From Bacillota bacterium (lineage in GTDB: Bacteria; Bacillota; Clostridia; Christensenellales; CAG-138): 38,141 nt of DNA. Made by a program: the position numbers and the translations under genes. Shown in pieces: positions 25,952 through 34,754 of this stretch. The stretch is taken from assembly GCA_016288175.1 (NCBI GenBank), contig JAEEYN010000222.1, positions 1 through 38,141 on the forward strand, in the 5' to 3' direction. The notes under the pieces are model-generated. The model had not been told where the DNA came from. It saw nothing but the letters and a program-made list of their open reading frames with translations, and made no database searches. How positions within the stretch are numbered: the stretch's first letter is position 1; each line of letters begins with the position of its first letter.

Positions 25952-26437
25952 TCATATTAATGACCTCCCCGACATTTCATAAGCCAGAAGCAATAACCTT
26001 ATGTTTTCGTCGACACGTTGTTCTTGCCACTTATTGTGCAAAGGTTTCATATTATCTTCAATTTCTTTACGCACCTCGCTTGGCAAGCTGTCGAGAATAC
26101 TCTTATAGTTGTCTAGTATTTTTACTTCTTCCCCATACAAACGCTCATTTGTTTTTGGGGTTGGCAAGTTATCGAGGAAACTCTTGCAGTTGTCTAGAAT
26201 CTTAACTTCTTTACTATGTAGATGCTCATCTGTTTTTTCATTAAGATCAGACTTATCAATACACCAGTCCGGGACAATTGAAGTTCTGAACGATGCCAAC
26301 CCATTATAATAATGATACTTCACAGTAAAGTACACTCCGTTTTTCACATACAGAAACTCGTAATCGCTTATATCGTCGTAGTATGTCGGGGCGTGCCATT
26401 CGTATACGGTACGAATAAATGTTGATACTCTTTCCAC
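25952..26437 (-). CDS. Hypothetical protein in an AT-rich cassette, with internal 27-aa duplication
   Basis: GGAGG RBS 8 nt before the GTG at 26437. The two repeat units are LHSKEVKILDNCKSFLDNLP and LYGEEVKILDNYKSILDSLP. Confidence 0.55.
   Translation of the reverse strand: MERVSTFIRTVYEWHAPTYYDDISDYEFLYVKNGVYFTVKYHYYNGLASFRTSIVPDWCIDKSDLNEKTDEHLHSKEVKILDNCKSFLDNLPTPKTNERLYGEEVKILDNYKSILDSLPSEVRKEIEDNMKPLHNKWQEQRVDENIRLLLLAYEMSGRSLI
26080..26241 (-). repeat. 81-bp in-frame tandem duplication (x2)
   Basis: TTGGCAAG...GTTGTCTAG... units start at 26080 and 26161. Confidence 0.8.
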
Positions 26438-26496
26438 AGATTATTCCTCCGGTGTTATTATCAACTTAATCTATTACTGAACTTATAACCGAGTTA

Positions 26497-26733
26497 TCAT
26501 CGCTGCTGTCTCAGCGCCGTTTTCATGGCCATCCGAATAAGGCCTATACCTTTGATCACTCGGTCATTATCATTCACCGCAATCCAGAACATATCCCCAC
26601 GGTCAAAATAGTGGGCTTTTATATCGAGCAGATCCTCGTTGAGCCTTGGTATTCTTCCGAGCGCATCCTTGGCCTGTAGAACCATGAAGATCATATCGTC
26701 TCTGTACTTGTCTTCGTATAACTTGATTTCCAT
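26497..26733 (-). CDS. Half-length GNAT fragment (N-terminal half), likely truncated
   Basis: 78 aa. MEIKLYEDKYRDDM...FWIAVNDNDRVIKGIGLIR stops before the acetyl-CoA-binding motif. The start lies 2 nt after the NUDIX stop. Confidence 0.45.
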   Translation of the reverse strand: MEIKLYEDKYRDDMIFMVLQAKDALGRIPRLNEDLLDIKAHYFDRGDMFWIAVNDNDRVIKGIGLIRMAMKTALRQQR

Positions 26734-26735
26734 GA

Positions 26736-27692
26736 TTACTCAAACTCCGTTCTTAAGGTAAAGTTCTCCGGCAGGTTGGCAATCTCTGTTTTCAGGAATA
26801 CTGGATAGAAGTATTCGTACTTCAGCCGCTCATAATCCAGCCATTCAAATTCGTGAGTATGCTGCCGCTCATGGAGCGTAAACTTCTCGCCCTTTTCCAG
26901 CAGACCTGTATCCAATACATCAAGCAGGAAATAGATGCAAAGCTCATGATAATTCAGTTTGTCTACGTCTTCAGTGAAGAAACCCTGATTTAGCCAGAGA
27001 GGACGAATGATATGAGGCGTGATACCCAGCTCCTCTTCGACTTCTCTGACAATAGCGCATTCCGCGGTCTCGCCCATTTTTGCTCTGCCTCCGGGCAGAT
27101 AATAATACGGTGATCGTTCGTCATGCATGGCAAGAATTTTGCCGTCGTGGATCATGACTCCGCAGACTCGATAGTTGAATTTGCTGTTGCTGATGACATA
27201 TGAAACATCAGACGGCTTCAGCTCATCAATGAACTTTTGCATACGCTCCGTCACCAATTCTTCTTTTTTCATTGAAATCAATTCATCCTTGGTGACCCAT
27301 TTGTATGCTGATGTTTCTCCCTCTTGTAAAGCAATACTGGTTTTATCGCAGTCTGTCACACAAAGAAATTCAACGTAAATCGTGTCATGACTGACAACAC
27401 GCCCGACCTCCGCCAGTTCTTCTGATTCGACTCCGGTTTCTTCCCGCAACTCTCTGACGGCACAAGCAAGAGGGGTTTCTCCCTTCAAGGCTGAACCTCC
27501 GGCCGTTGCTTCCCACATGCCACCGAAATGTTTCCTGCTGTCACGCTGCATTAAAAGATATGTGCCGTCTATATGTTTGACGATTATGTCGCTTACGAGA
27601 TGATAGAATCCGTCTGGAATCGCTTCTCCACGGATCAAAGTCATTCCTTCGATCTTCTCAAATTCTTTATTATAAGCATCCCAGACTTCCAT
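26736..27692 (-). CDS. Tandem-domain NUDIX hydrolase
   Basis: Two complete NUDIX boxes, GSALKGETPLACAVRELREETGV and GRAKMGETAECAIVREVEEELGI. GGAGG RBS. Confidence 0.85.
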   Translation of the reverse strand: MEVWDAYNKEFEKIEGMTLIRGEAIPDGFYHLVSDIIVKHIDGTYLLMQRDSRKHFGGMWEATAGGSALKGETPLACAVRELREETGVESEELAEVGRVVSHDTIYVEFLCVTDCDKTSIALQEGETSAYKWVTKDELISMKKEELVTERMQKFIDELKPSDVSYVISNSKFNYRVCGVMIHDGKILAMHDERSPYYYLPGGRAKMGETAECAIVREVEEELGITPHIIRPLWLNQGFFTEDVDKLNYHELCIYFLLDVLDTGLLEKGEKFTLHERQHTHEFEWLDYERLKYEYFYPVFLKTEIANLPENFTLRTEFE

Positions 27693-27741
27693 TTAATCCT
27701 CCTATATCCTCGGACATCAAAACTACAGTTACAGTCCGATT

Positions 27742-27807
27742 TGACAACAATCCGATAGTCTCAACCTCACAAAAAGGCTCCAATGACAACAGACCGATAG
27801 TCTCAAC
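27742..27807. repeat. Two 24-bp direct repeats (22/24 identical), 42-bp period
   Basis: TGACAACAATCCGATAGTCTCAAC (27742-27765) and TGACAACAGACCGATAGTCTCAAC (27784-27807). Confidence 0.85.
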
Positions 27808-27958
27808 AACCGATTTTTACCCTCGATAGCGAAACAAGAGTTACAGCAACGGATTTCCTCGTTTTCGCCCTTTCGCTCTGTGGAAACTTATCTACGCTCC
27901 CGTTTATAGCCAAAGTCCGAAAAAGCCCTTGTTTCAAGCCGTTTTCCCGTTATCTTCC

Positions 27959-29308
27959 TCATTTTCTGGACAGCGAAACGACGCACTCCACGTGAAACGA
28001 ATTCGCGAACATATCATAAGGCTGCACGCTTTCGATCGCGTACCCTGCGTCAGCAAGGATGCGGCAGTCGCGGGCAAGGGTCGCGGGATTACATGAAATA
28101 TAGGCGACCCTCGGGACGCCGCTTGTTATGATCGCGTCCAGCGCTTCCCGCATCGCGCCCTTCCGCGGCGGATCGAGCAGGAGCTTATCTATCTTATGTC
28201 CGCTTTTGACGAGCTTCGGCAGGACGTTTTCTGCAGCGCCGCAGATGAATTCCGCGTTTTCGATCCCGTTGCGCGCCGCGTTGCGCATTGCGTCTTCGAT
28301 CGCCTGCGGAACGTACTCGATGCCGAGTACGGATCGCGCTCTTTTCGCCATCATCAGCGAGATCGTGCCGATACCGCAGTAAAGGTCGATCACGTCGTCG
28401 TTTTCGGAAAGCCCCAGCGCATCGATCGCGGCTTTATAGAGGTTCGGCGTCTGCGCGCTGTTGACCTGCAGGAAGCTCTCCGCGCCGACGGAAAAGCTTA
28501 AATCTCCAATTTTTTCGGCAATTATGCCGCTTCCGTAGATGACGCGGCTCCTCCTGCCGAGGATCAAAGCCGTGCGGTCCGGATTCTCATTTTGGATGAT
28601 CCCCGAAAGACCGGGCAGCGCTTTTTTAAGCGTTTCGATAAGCTCGTTTTCAAAGTGAAGTCCGCCTTTTGTAACGATCACTGCCATCATCTCACCCGTG
28701 GAAGCGGTCCGGACCATCAGATGCCGCAGCTCTCCCCTGCCCGTTCTTTCATCATAGGCGGTAATGCCGTGTGCATTCGCCCAATCCGTCACGGCACGGA
28801 GCGCCGCGATCGCTTCCGGTTTTTCGATCAGGCAGTCTGCAATCGGAACAACGGTGTGGCTTTTTTCGGAAAGGCAGCCGGAAACGATCTTTCCGTTTCT
28901 TTCGGAAAAGGTGAAAACGCCTTTATTGCGGTAGCGCGCAATTTCCGGCGACGGAACGCAGGCTTCGACGCGGATCCCTTCAAGCCCGCCGATGCGTTCG
29001 AGCGCATCCCTAACACGCCGTGTCTTGAAAGCGAGCTGAGCGCTGTAATCCATGTGCATAAGTCCGCATCCGCCGCAGCTTCTGTAATACGGGCATGGCG
29101 GTATGCAGCGCTCCGGCGCTTCGGAAAGGAGCTTTTCAAGGCGCGCGACGGCGAACCGCTTTTCGGTTTTTATAACTTCGGCGACGACTTTTTCGCCCGG
29201 CAGCGCACCCGGGACAAAGACCGCGATATTATCCGCGCGGCCGACGCCCTGGCCTTCCGAGCCGAAGGCAGTAATGGATATCTCGATTTTTTCTCCGATT
29301 TTCAACAT
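27959..29308 (-). CDS. rlmD: 23S rRNA (uracil-C5)-methyltransferase, RumA/RlmD family
   Basis: N-terminal TRAM domain, a 4-Cys cluster (CPYYRSCGGCGLMHM), SAM motif DLYCGIGTISL and catalytic ISCNPATLARD. Confidence 0.85.
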   Translation of the reverse strand: MLKIGEKIEISITAFGSEGQGVGRADNIAVFVPGALPGEKVVAEVIKTEKRFAVARLEKLLSEAPERCIPPCPYYRSCGGCGLMHMDYSAQLAFKTRRVRDALERIGGLEGIRVEACVPSPEIARYRNKGVFTFSERNGKIVSGCLSEKSHTVVPIADCLIEKPEAIAALRAVTDWANAHGITAYDERTGRGELRHLMVRTASTGEMMAVIVTKGGLHFENELIETLKKALPGLSGIIQNENPDRTALILGRRSRVIYGSGIIAEKIGDLSFSVGAESFLQVNSAQTPNLYKAAIDALGLSENDDVIDLYCGIGTISLMMAKRARSVLGIEYVPQAIEDAMRNAARNGIENAEFICGAAENVLPKLVKSGHKIDKLLLDPPRKGAMREALDAIITSGVPRVAYISCNPATLARDCRILADAGYAIESVQPYDMFANSFHVECVVSLSRK

Positions 29309-29316
29309 TTTTCGAA

Positions 29317-32300
29317 TCAGTCGCGCTGCGGCGGCATGGGCGCTTTCTTCGGGACGGTCCGAACATTCGCGTCGCCGAGAAGCCCGCTGAGCGACGAAAT
29401 AAGCTCCTTTGAAAGGTTCACCGAAAGCTCCTTCGGGGCTTTCAGCTTCCGGCCAGGTACAAGATCGATAAAATAGACTTCACGATTTCCCGGGAAACGC
29501 CGCAGAGTTTCGACAACTCTCTCCTTCAGGATTGCGGTCTCCGGCGTGAAATTCAAAACGAGAAGGCGTTCCCCGCCCTTGATAAGCGGCACGACATCCT
29601 CGATCAGCAGCGAATTTGCCCGATCCTCGCGCATTGACAGACGCCCTGTGACGATCACTTTCCGATCGTTGACGAGCATTGACGAATATTTCTGATAAAC
29701 ACTCGGGAAAGCGACGACCTCCACTGAGCCGGACATATCCTCGAGCATACCGCTTGCCATCATGCCCGTTCCGGTCTTGACCGGCCGGGTGCGGATCGAG
29801 CCGAAGATACCGCCGACGCGGACGTTCATGTTGTCGTGGATCGCGCCGCTGCCGTCCGCCTCGGTCAGTTCAAGGCAGTTGAAGCGGAATTCCGCAAGCT
29901 CCTGCTCATATTCCATCAGCGGATGTCCGCTCGCGTAAATTCCTATCGCTTCGCGTTCCATAGTCAGGAGCTCGTCGAGCGGGAACTCATCCTTGGCGTC
30001 CTCCCCCGACGGCTGCGAAGCAGGCTGCATGAGCTCCGCGCCGAAATCGAAGAAGGAGAGCTGGCCGGATTCAAGGCGTTTGCGCTCCGCGTTTGCGGCG
30101 GAAAGCTCCTGTTCGTAATGGCCGATCAGGTACTTGCGTGAAACGCCAATGCTGTCGAAGCAGCCGGCCTTGATAAGGCCCTCGAGAAGGCGTTTATTAA
30201 GTCCCTCCGAGCGGCGCACGAAATCGGAAAAATCTCGGAAATCTCCGCCGATCCGGCGTTCCGAAAGCACATCGTTGATAACGCCTTCGCCGACGTTTCG
30301 GATCGCGGCAAGGCCGAAGCGGATGGAACCCTTGTCCACCGAGAAACGGGCTTCGCTTCGGTTGATATCCGGCGGAAGGATCGCGATGCCATGGCTGCGG
30401 CAGTAGTAGATATAGGATGCGATCTTTTCGGAATCGGTAAGGAAGCTGTTGATAAGCGCGGTCATGAACTCGACCGGATAAAGGCATTTCAGCAGCGCAG
30501 TGCGATAAGCAACGACCGCATAGCATGCGGCGTGGGCCTTGTTGAAGGCATAGGACGCAAAATCCATCATCTCATCGAAAATCTCCTCCGCCGCCTCCTT
30601 CGAAACGCCGCGCCGAAGCGCGCCGTCGACCGTCACAACGCCGTTTTCTTCGATTCCGTAAATGAAATTCTTCCTCTCCTGCGCCATCACGTCATGCTTT
30701 TTCTTGCTCATGGCGCGGCGGACGAGGTCACTCCTGCCGAGCGAATAGCCGGCAAGATCGCGAACGATCTGCATGACCTGTTCCTGGTAGACCATGCAGC
30801 CGTATGTCGTATCGAGTATCGGGCGGAGGAGCTCCGTTTCGTAATGGACCGACGCGGCGTTCTGCTTGCCCTCGATATAGCGCGGGATCTGGTCCATGGG
30901 ACCCGGGCGGAAGAGAGAAATACCCGCGATGACATCCTCAAGGCAGGAAGGCTTCATTTGCATCATGAACTGCGTCATACCGGCGGATTCAAGCTGGAAC
31001 ACGCCGACCGTTTCACCGGAGCTGATGAGGTCATATACCCGCTTATCGTCATAACTGCAGTTTGAGAAATCCGGCGGCGTTCCCCCGCCTTTGCGGATAT
31101 AGTCAAGGCAGTCTCGGATGACGGTCAAAGTTCTCAGGCCGAGGAAGTCCATTTTCAGCATGCCGAGCTCTTCAAGCTCCGTCATGGTGAACTGAGTTGT
31201 GATCGATTCATCGTTCCTTTGCAGCGGAACGAGCTCCATCGTCGGCAGGGACGAGATCACGACGCCTGCCGCATGGGTCGAAGTATTGCGCGGCAGTCCT
31301 TCGACCTTCATCGAAAGATCCATCAGTTTCTTGATCTGCTCATCGGTATCGTAAAGCGTTTTGAGTTCCGGAACGGTCTCGAGCGCGCTCTTAAGGTTCA
31401 TATCCTTGACCTGCGGGATGAGCTTCGCGATTCGGTCGACGTCCTGGTACGGGATGCGCAGCACTCTTCCGACGTCGCGCACCGCGCCTCTTGCCGCCAT
31501 CGTGCCGAACGTGACGATTTGGGCAACATGGTCGCTGCCGTATTTGCGTTTGACGTATTCGATGACCTCCTGGCGGCGTTCATAGCAGAAATCGACATCG
31601 AAATCGGGCATACTGACGCGTTCGGGGTTCAGGAACCTTTCGAAAAGAAGCTTATACTTGATCGGGTCGATATCCGTGATGCCCATCGTGTACGCCGCGA
31701 TGGACGCTGCTCCGCTGCCGCGGCCGGGACCGACCTCGATGCCGTTCGATTTCGCGAAATGGATGAAGTCCCAAACGATCAGGTAATAATCGACGAAACC
31801 CATCTTCGTGATCACGCCGAGCTCATATTCGAGCCTGTCCCATTCTTCCTTCGTCGGCTCGCCGTAACGGCGGTACATGCCCTCTGTGCAGAGCTTGCGG
31901 ATATATGTCTCGTTGTCCATGCCGTCCGGCGCGGTGAAGCCGGGCAGGTGGCGCTTACCGAATTCAATGTGCAGATCGCATTTCGCGGCGACTTCGGCGG
32001 TATTTGCGACAGCGTCCTCATAGCCGTACATCCGCTTCAGCATTTCGTCTTCGGATTTAAGATAAAACTCCTCCGTCTGCATCCGCATGCGGTTTTCTTC
32101 ATCCACAAAGCGGCCTGTCTGAACGCAGAGCAGTACATCCTGCGCCTCCGCGTCGTCCTTCGTGACATAATGGATGTCGTTGGTCGCAACGGTCTTGATC
32201 CCGAGCTCCTTCGCGAGCTTATCAAGGCGCGGCAGAACAACAAGCTGCTCCGGGATGCCGTGGTTCTGGAGCTCGATATAGAAATCCTCGCCGAAAACGC

Positions 32301-32781
32301 CTTTCAGCCGCAAAGCGAGCGCCTTCGCTTCATCGTATCTGTTCATCAAAAGATACTGCGGAATATCGCCGGCAAGGCAGGCAGAAAGGCAGATCAGGCC
32401 CTCATGATACTGTTCAAGAAGGTTGTAATCAATGCGCGGGCGGTAATAAAAGCCGTCCACAAACGCAATGCTGGACAGCTTGATAAGGTTCTTATATCCG
32501 GTTTCGTTTTTGCACAGGAGGATAAGGTGCGCGTTCTCGCGCATGCCGGTCTTGTCGGCGATCGATTTCGGCGCAACATAGGCTTCCATGCCGATTATCG
32601 GCTTTATCCCCGCTTTCGTGCATTTTTTATAGAATTCGATCACGCCGTACATGTTGCCGTGGTCGGTGATCGCAAGGGAATCCATGTTGAGCTCCTTCGC
32701 ACGGTCAACGAGCTCGCCTATGCGGGCCGCGCCGTCGAGAAGGCTGTATTCAGTATGAACATGAAGATGGGTAAAGCTCAT
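29317..32781 (-). CDS. dnaE: DNA polymerase III alpha subunit (DnaE type)
   Basis: 1154 aa. PHP domain FTHLHVHTEYSLLDGA, polymerase core GPGRGSGAASIAAY...PDFDVDF, and a C-terminal OB fold. The start overlaps the whiA stop (ATGA). Confidence 0.95.
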   Translation of the reverse strand: MSFTHLHVHTEYSLLDGAARIGELVDRAKELNMDSLAITDHGNMYGVIEFYKKCTKAGIKPIIGMEAYVAPKSIADKTGMRENAHLILLCKNETGYKNLIKLSSIAFVDGFYYRPRIDYNLLEQYHEGLICLSACLAGDIPQYLLMNRYDEAKALALRLKGVFGEDFYIELQNHGIPEQLVVLPRLDKLAKELGIKTVATNDIHYVTKDDAEAQDVLLCVQTGRFVDEENRMRMQTEEFYLKSEDEMLKRMYGYEDAVANTAEVAAKCDLHIEFGKRHLPGFTAPDGMDNETYIRKLCTEGMYRRYGEPTKEEWDRLEYELGVITKMGFVDYYLIVWDFIHFAKSNGIEVGPGRGSGAASIAAYTMGITDIDPIKYKLLFERFLNPERVSMPDFDVDFCYERRQEVIEYVKRKYGSDHVAQIVTFGTMAARGAVRDVGRVLRIPYQDVDRIAKLIPQVKDMNLKSALETVPELKTLYDTDEQIKKLMDLSMKVEGLPRNTSTHAAGVVISSLPTMELVPLQRNDESITTQFTMTELEELGMLKMDFLGLRTLTVIRDCLDYIRKGGGTPPDFSNCSYDDKRVYDLISSGETVGVFQLESAGMTQFMMQMKPSCLEDVIAGISLFRPGPMDQIPRYIEGKQNAASVHYETELLRPILDTTYGCMVYQEQVMQIVRDLAGYSLGRSDLVRRAMSKKKHDVMAQERKNFIYGIEENGVVTVDGALRRGVSKEAAEEIFDEMMDFASYAFNKAHAACYAVVAYRTALLKCLYPVEFMTALINSFLTDSEKIASYIYYCRSHGIAILPPDINRSEARFSVDKGSIRFGLAAIRNVGEGVINDVLSERRIGGDFRDFSDFVRRSEGLNKRLLEGLIKAGCFDSIGVSRKYLIGHYEQELSAANAERKRLESGQLSFFDFGAELMQPASQPSGEDAKDEFPLDELLTMEREAIGIYASGHPLMEYEQELAEFRFNCLELTEADGSGAIHDNMNVRVGGIFGSIRTRPVKTGTGMMASGMLEDMSGSVEVVAFPSVYQKYSSMLVNDRKVIVTGRLSMREDRANSLLIEDVVPLIKGGERLLVLNFTPETAILKERVVETLRRFPGNREVYFIDLVPGRKLKAPKELSVNLSKELISSLSGLLGDANVRTVPKKAPMPPQRD

Positions 32782-33830
32782 TTTGTACCTCTTTTGTTCG
32801 CATCCGTCGAGACGGGCGTTCCGTTTCGGATATCGTCGGCAAGCGACTGAAGCTTTTTAAGGCGGTAGTTCACCGCGGATTTTCCGAGAGAAAGCTCATC
32901 CGCAAGCTCCGTCAGCGAAAGCTCATAGTTGTTCATCCTCGCTTCCGCAACGACGCGCAGGCTTTCCGGCAAAGCATCGTAGCCGAGAGTTTCGAGCACA
33001 AGGGCGATATCCTCCGCCTGGCGGCGCGATGTTTTCGCTACTTTTTCGGCATTCGCCATGATGCAGTTGACGCCGCGGTTCGCCTCGTTATTCGCCTGTT
33101 TGAATATGCGCTCGTTCGAAACCTCCATCATCGCCGCCGAAGCGCCGATATATGCAAGCAGATCCTCGAGCTTTTCGCCCTCTTTGATATAAACAACGAA
33201 GTTTTGTTTGCGCTTCGTGAGTTTGGGCTCGATCCCGTGGTTCGAAAGAAGTTTAGCGGCAGCCGAAGCAAGCGCTTCATTGCCGATGACGAACTCCGCA
33301 TGATAGGATTTTTCCGGTTTGGAGACCATCCCGCAGGCGAGAAAGAGTCCGCGCATGAACATCTTTTGCTGTGTCTCGGTCTTCAGCGCACCAACCGGCA
33401 CCTCCGCGGCGAACTGCTTTTCGCCGTTTTCATCAAAGCTCATGAGGCCCGTGTCGAGCATGAATCGGTCGATGTTGTCGCCGAATAACATAAGCTCGTG
33501 ATAATTTGCGTTCAGGCGGTCATGCCTGACTTCGGTGAGCCTTGATTCAAGGCCGTAGTGCTGTGAGGCGAGTTTTGCGGCAAGCTCTACAGCGTCCCTG
33601 CTCTTTATAACATAGTGAACGCCCCAGCAGCGCTTTTCAGGGACAAGCTTCAGCGAACCGATGCCGAGGGTGAAGGCGGAAAGCAGGGCGCGCGCATCCG
33701 AACCGCGTTTGATGCGCAGGTCCGAGATCTCTTTCTTTATCGATGAAGAGAACGATTCTTCGGTTTGTGCCTGTTTTTCGTCCATACCCGAATTTTTATC
33801 AGTTATCGAAATGTTGGGGTTTTCCGGCAT
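32778..33830 (-). CDS. whiA: DNA-binding sporulation/cell-division regulator WhiA
   Basis: Degenerate LAGLIDADG-like domains (RGLFLACG) and a C-terminal HTH (LTELADELSLGKSAVNYRLKKL). The start is uncertain: ATG 33830, ATG 33785 or TTG 33842. Confidence 0.85.
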   Translation of the reverse strand: MPENPNISITDKNSGMDEKQAQTEESFSSSIKKEISDLRIKRGSDARALLSAFTLGIGSLKLVPEKRCWGVHYVIKSRDAVELAAKLASQHYGLESRLTEVRHDRLNANYHELMLFGDNIDRFMLDTGLMSFDENGEKQFAAEVPVGALKTETQQKMFMRGLFLACGMVSKPEKSYHAEFVIGNEALASAAAKLLSNHGIEPKLTKRKQNFVVYIKEGEKLEDLLAYIGASAAMMEVSNERIFKQANNEANRGVNCIMANAEKVAKTSRRQAEDIALVLETLGYDALPESLRVVAEARMNNYELSLTELADELSLGKSAVNYRLKKLQSLADDIRNGTPVSTDANKRGTK

Positions 33831-34707
33831 TCTTTTCTTCAAAGCGTTCTTTAATGTCGTCCGCTTCGGGGATCAGATCGCGGTGCTCAAGGAAAACGCT
33901 GTAATCATCCTTCAGCCTGTCGTGCAGCGCTTCCGCCATCGCAACGGAACGGTGACGTCCGCCTGTGCAGCCGAACGAGACCATCAGCCTGCGTTTTCCT
34001 TCCTTCATGAAGGACGGGATCACGAGGCGGAGCATTCCCTCGATCATATCGAGCTGCTTCCGAACGTTTTTATCCGAGAAAACGAAATCGCGGACCTCCT
34101 TGTCCCTGCCCGATTTATAGCGGAGTTCGGGAACATAATACGGGTTCTCGGTATATCGCATGTCGAAGATGAAATCGGCGTTACCGGGTATGCCGCGCTT
34201 ATAGCCGAAGCTTGAAATGATGAGCCGCATCGGCACGTTTTCGCCGTGCAGCAGCAGTTCTTCAACCGTTGCGGAGAGTTCGCGCGGACGCATATTCGTT
34301 GTATCCACGATGTATTTCGCCTGTTCCTTCAGCGGGGCGAGCATCTCGCGCTCCATACGGATGCCGATGCTGACGTCATCATGCATCGGGTGGATCCGGC
34401 GGGTCTCGCTGTAGCGATGCTGCAGAACATTGTCGTCGCACTCGAGGAACATGATCTCGTGCTCATAAGGAAGATGCTGAAGTTCAAGATAGGTCTTCTG
34501 CGGGTTATAGCCGAAACGCGATTCGCGGCTGTCGACAACGATCGCGACCCGGTCGATCGAGTTCTCGCTGCTCAGGCAGAGCTCGATGTATTCAACAAGA
34601 AGCTGGCACGGAACATTATCCGCGCAAACAAAGCCCATGTCCTCAAGAACATTGAGAACATTGGATTTTCCTGCTCCGGACATTCCTGTTACGATCAAAA
34701 TGTACAT
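33799..34707 (-). CDS. rapZ: RNase adapter / nucleotide-binding protein RapZ (YvcJ)
   Basis: P-loop IVTGMSGAGKS at the N-terminus and the conserved C-terminal GCTGGRHRSV. Confidence 0.9.
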   Translation of the reverse strand: MYILIVTGMSGAGKSNVLNVLEDMGFVCADNVPCQLLVEYIELCLSSENSIDRVAIVVDSRESRFGYNPQKTYLELQHLPYEHEIMFLECDDNVLQHRYSETRRIHPMHDDVSIGIRMEREMLAPLKEQAKYIVDTTNMRPRELSATVEELLLHGENVPMRLIISSFGYKRGIPGNADFIFDMRYTENPYYVPELRYKSGRDKEVRDFVFSDKNVRKQLDMIEGMLRLVIPSFMKEGKRRLMVSFGCTGGRHRSVAMAEALHDRLKDDYSVFLEHRDLIPEADDIKERFEEKNAGKPQHFDN

Positions 34708-34754
34708 GTGATTCTCCTTATTCGCAAAACATGTTTCCCGATTCAGAAACGAAG

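Noticed and set aside
24193-27799. Shared 10-mer CAGACCGATA at 24193-24202 and 27790-27799 as att-like direct repeats bounding the islet
   Set aside because: A single 10-bp match in 38 kb can occur by chance. There is no integrase and no tRNA target, and the second copy is simply part of the 24-bp repeat.
27693-27958. 266-nt gap as a tRNA, small CRISPR array or riboswitch
   Set aside because: There is no cloverleaf or T-loop (GTTCGA-type) sequence. Only two long repeats are present, with a non-spacer-like layout. I recognised no conserved riboswitch core. It is kept as an unexplained repeat array instead.
28592-32850. Plus-strand ORFs of 294 aa and 543 aa antisense to rlmD and dnaE
   Set aside because: Same antisense artefact. 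dnaE and rlmD are unambiguous on the minus strand.
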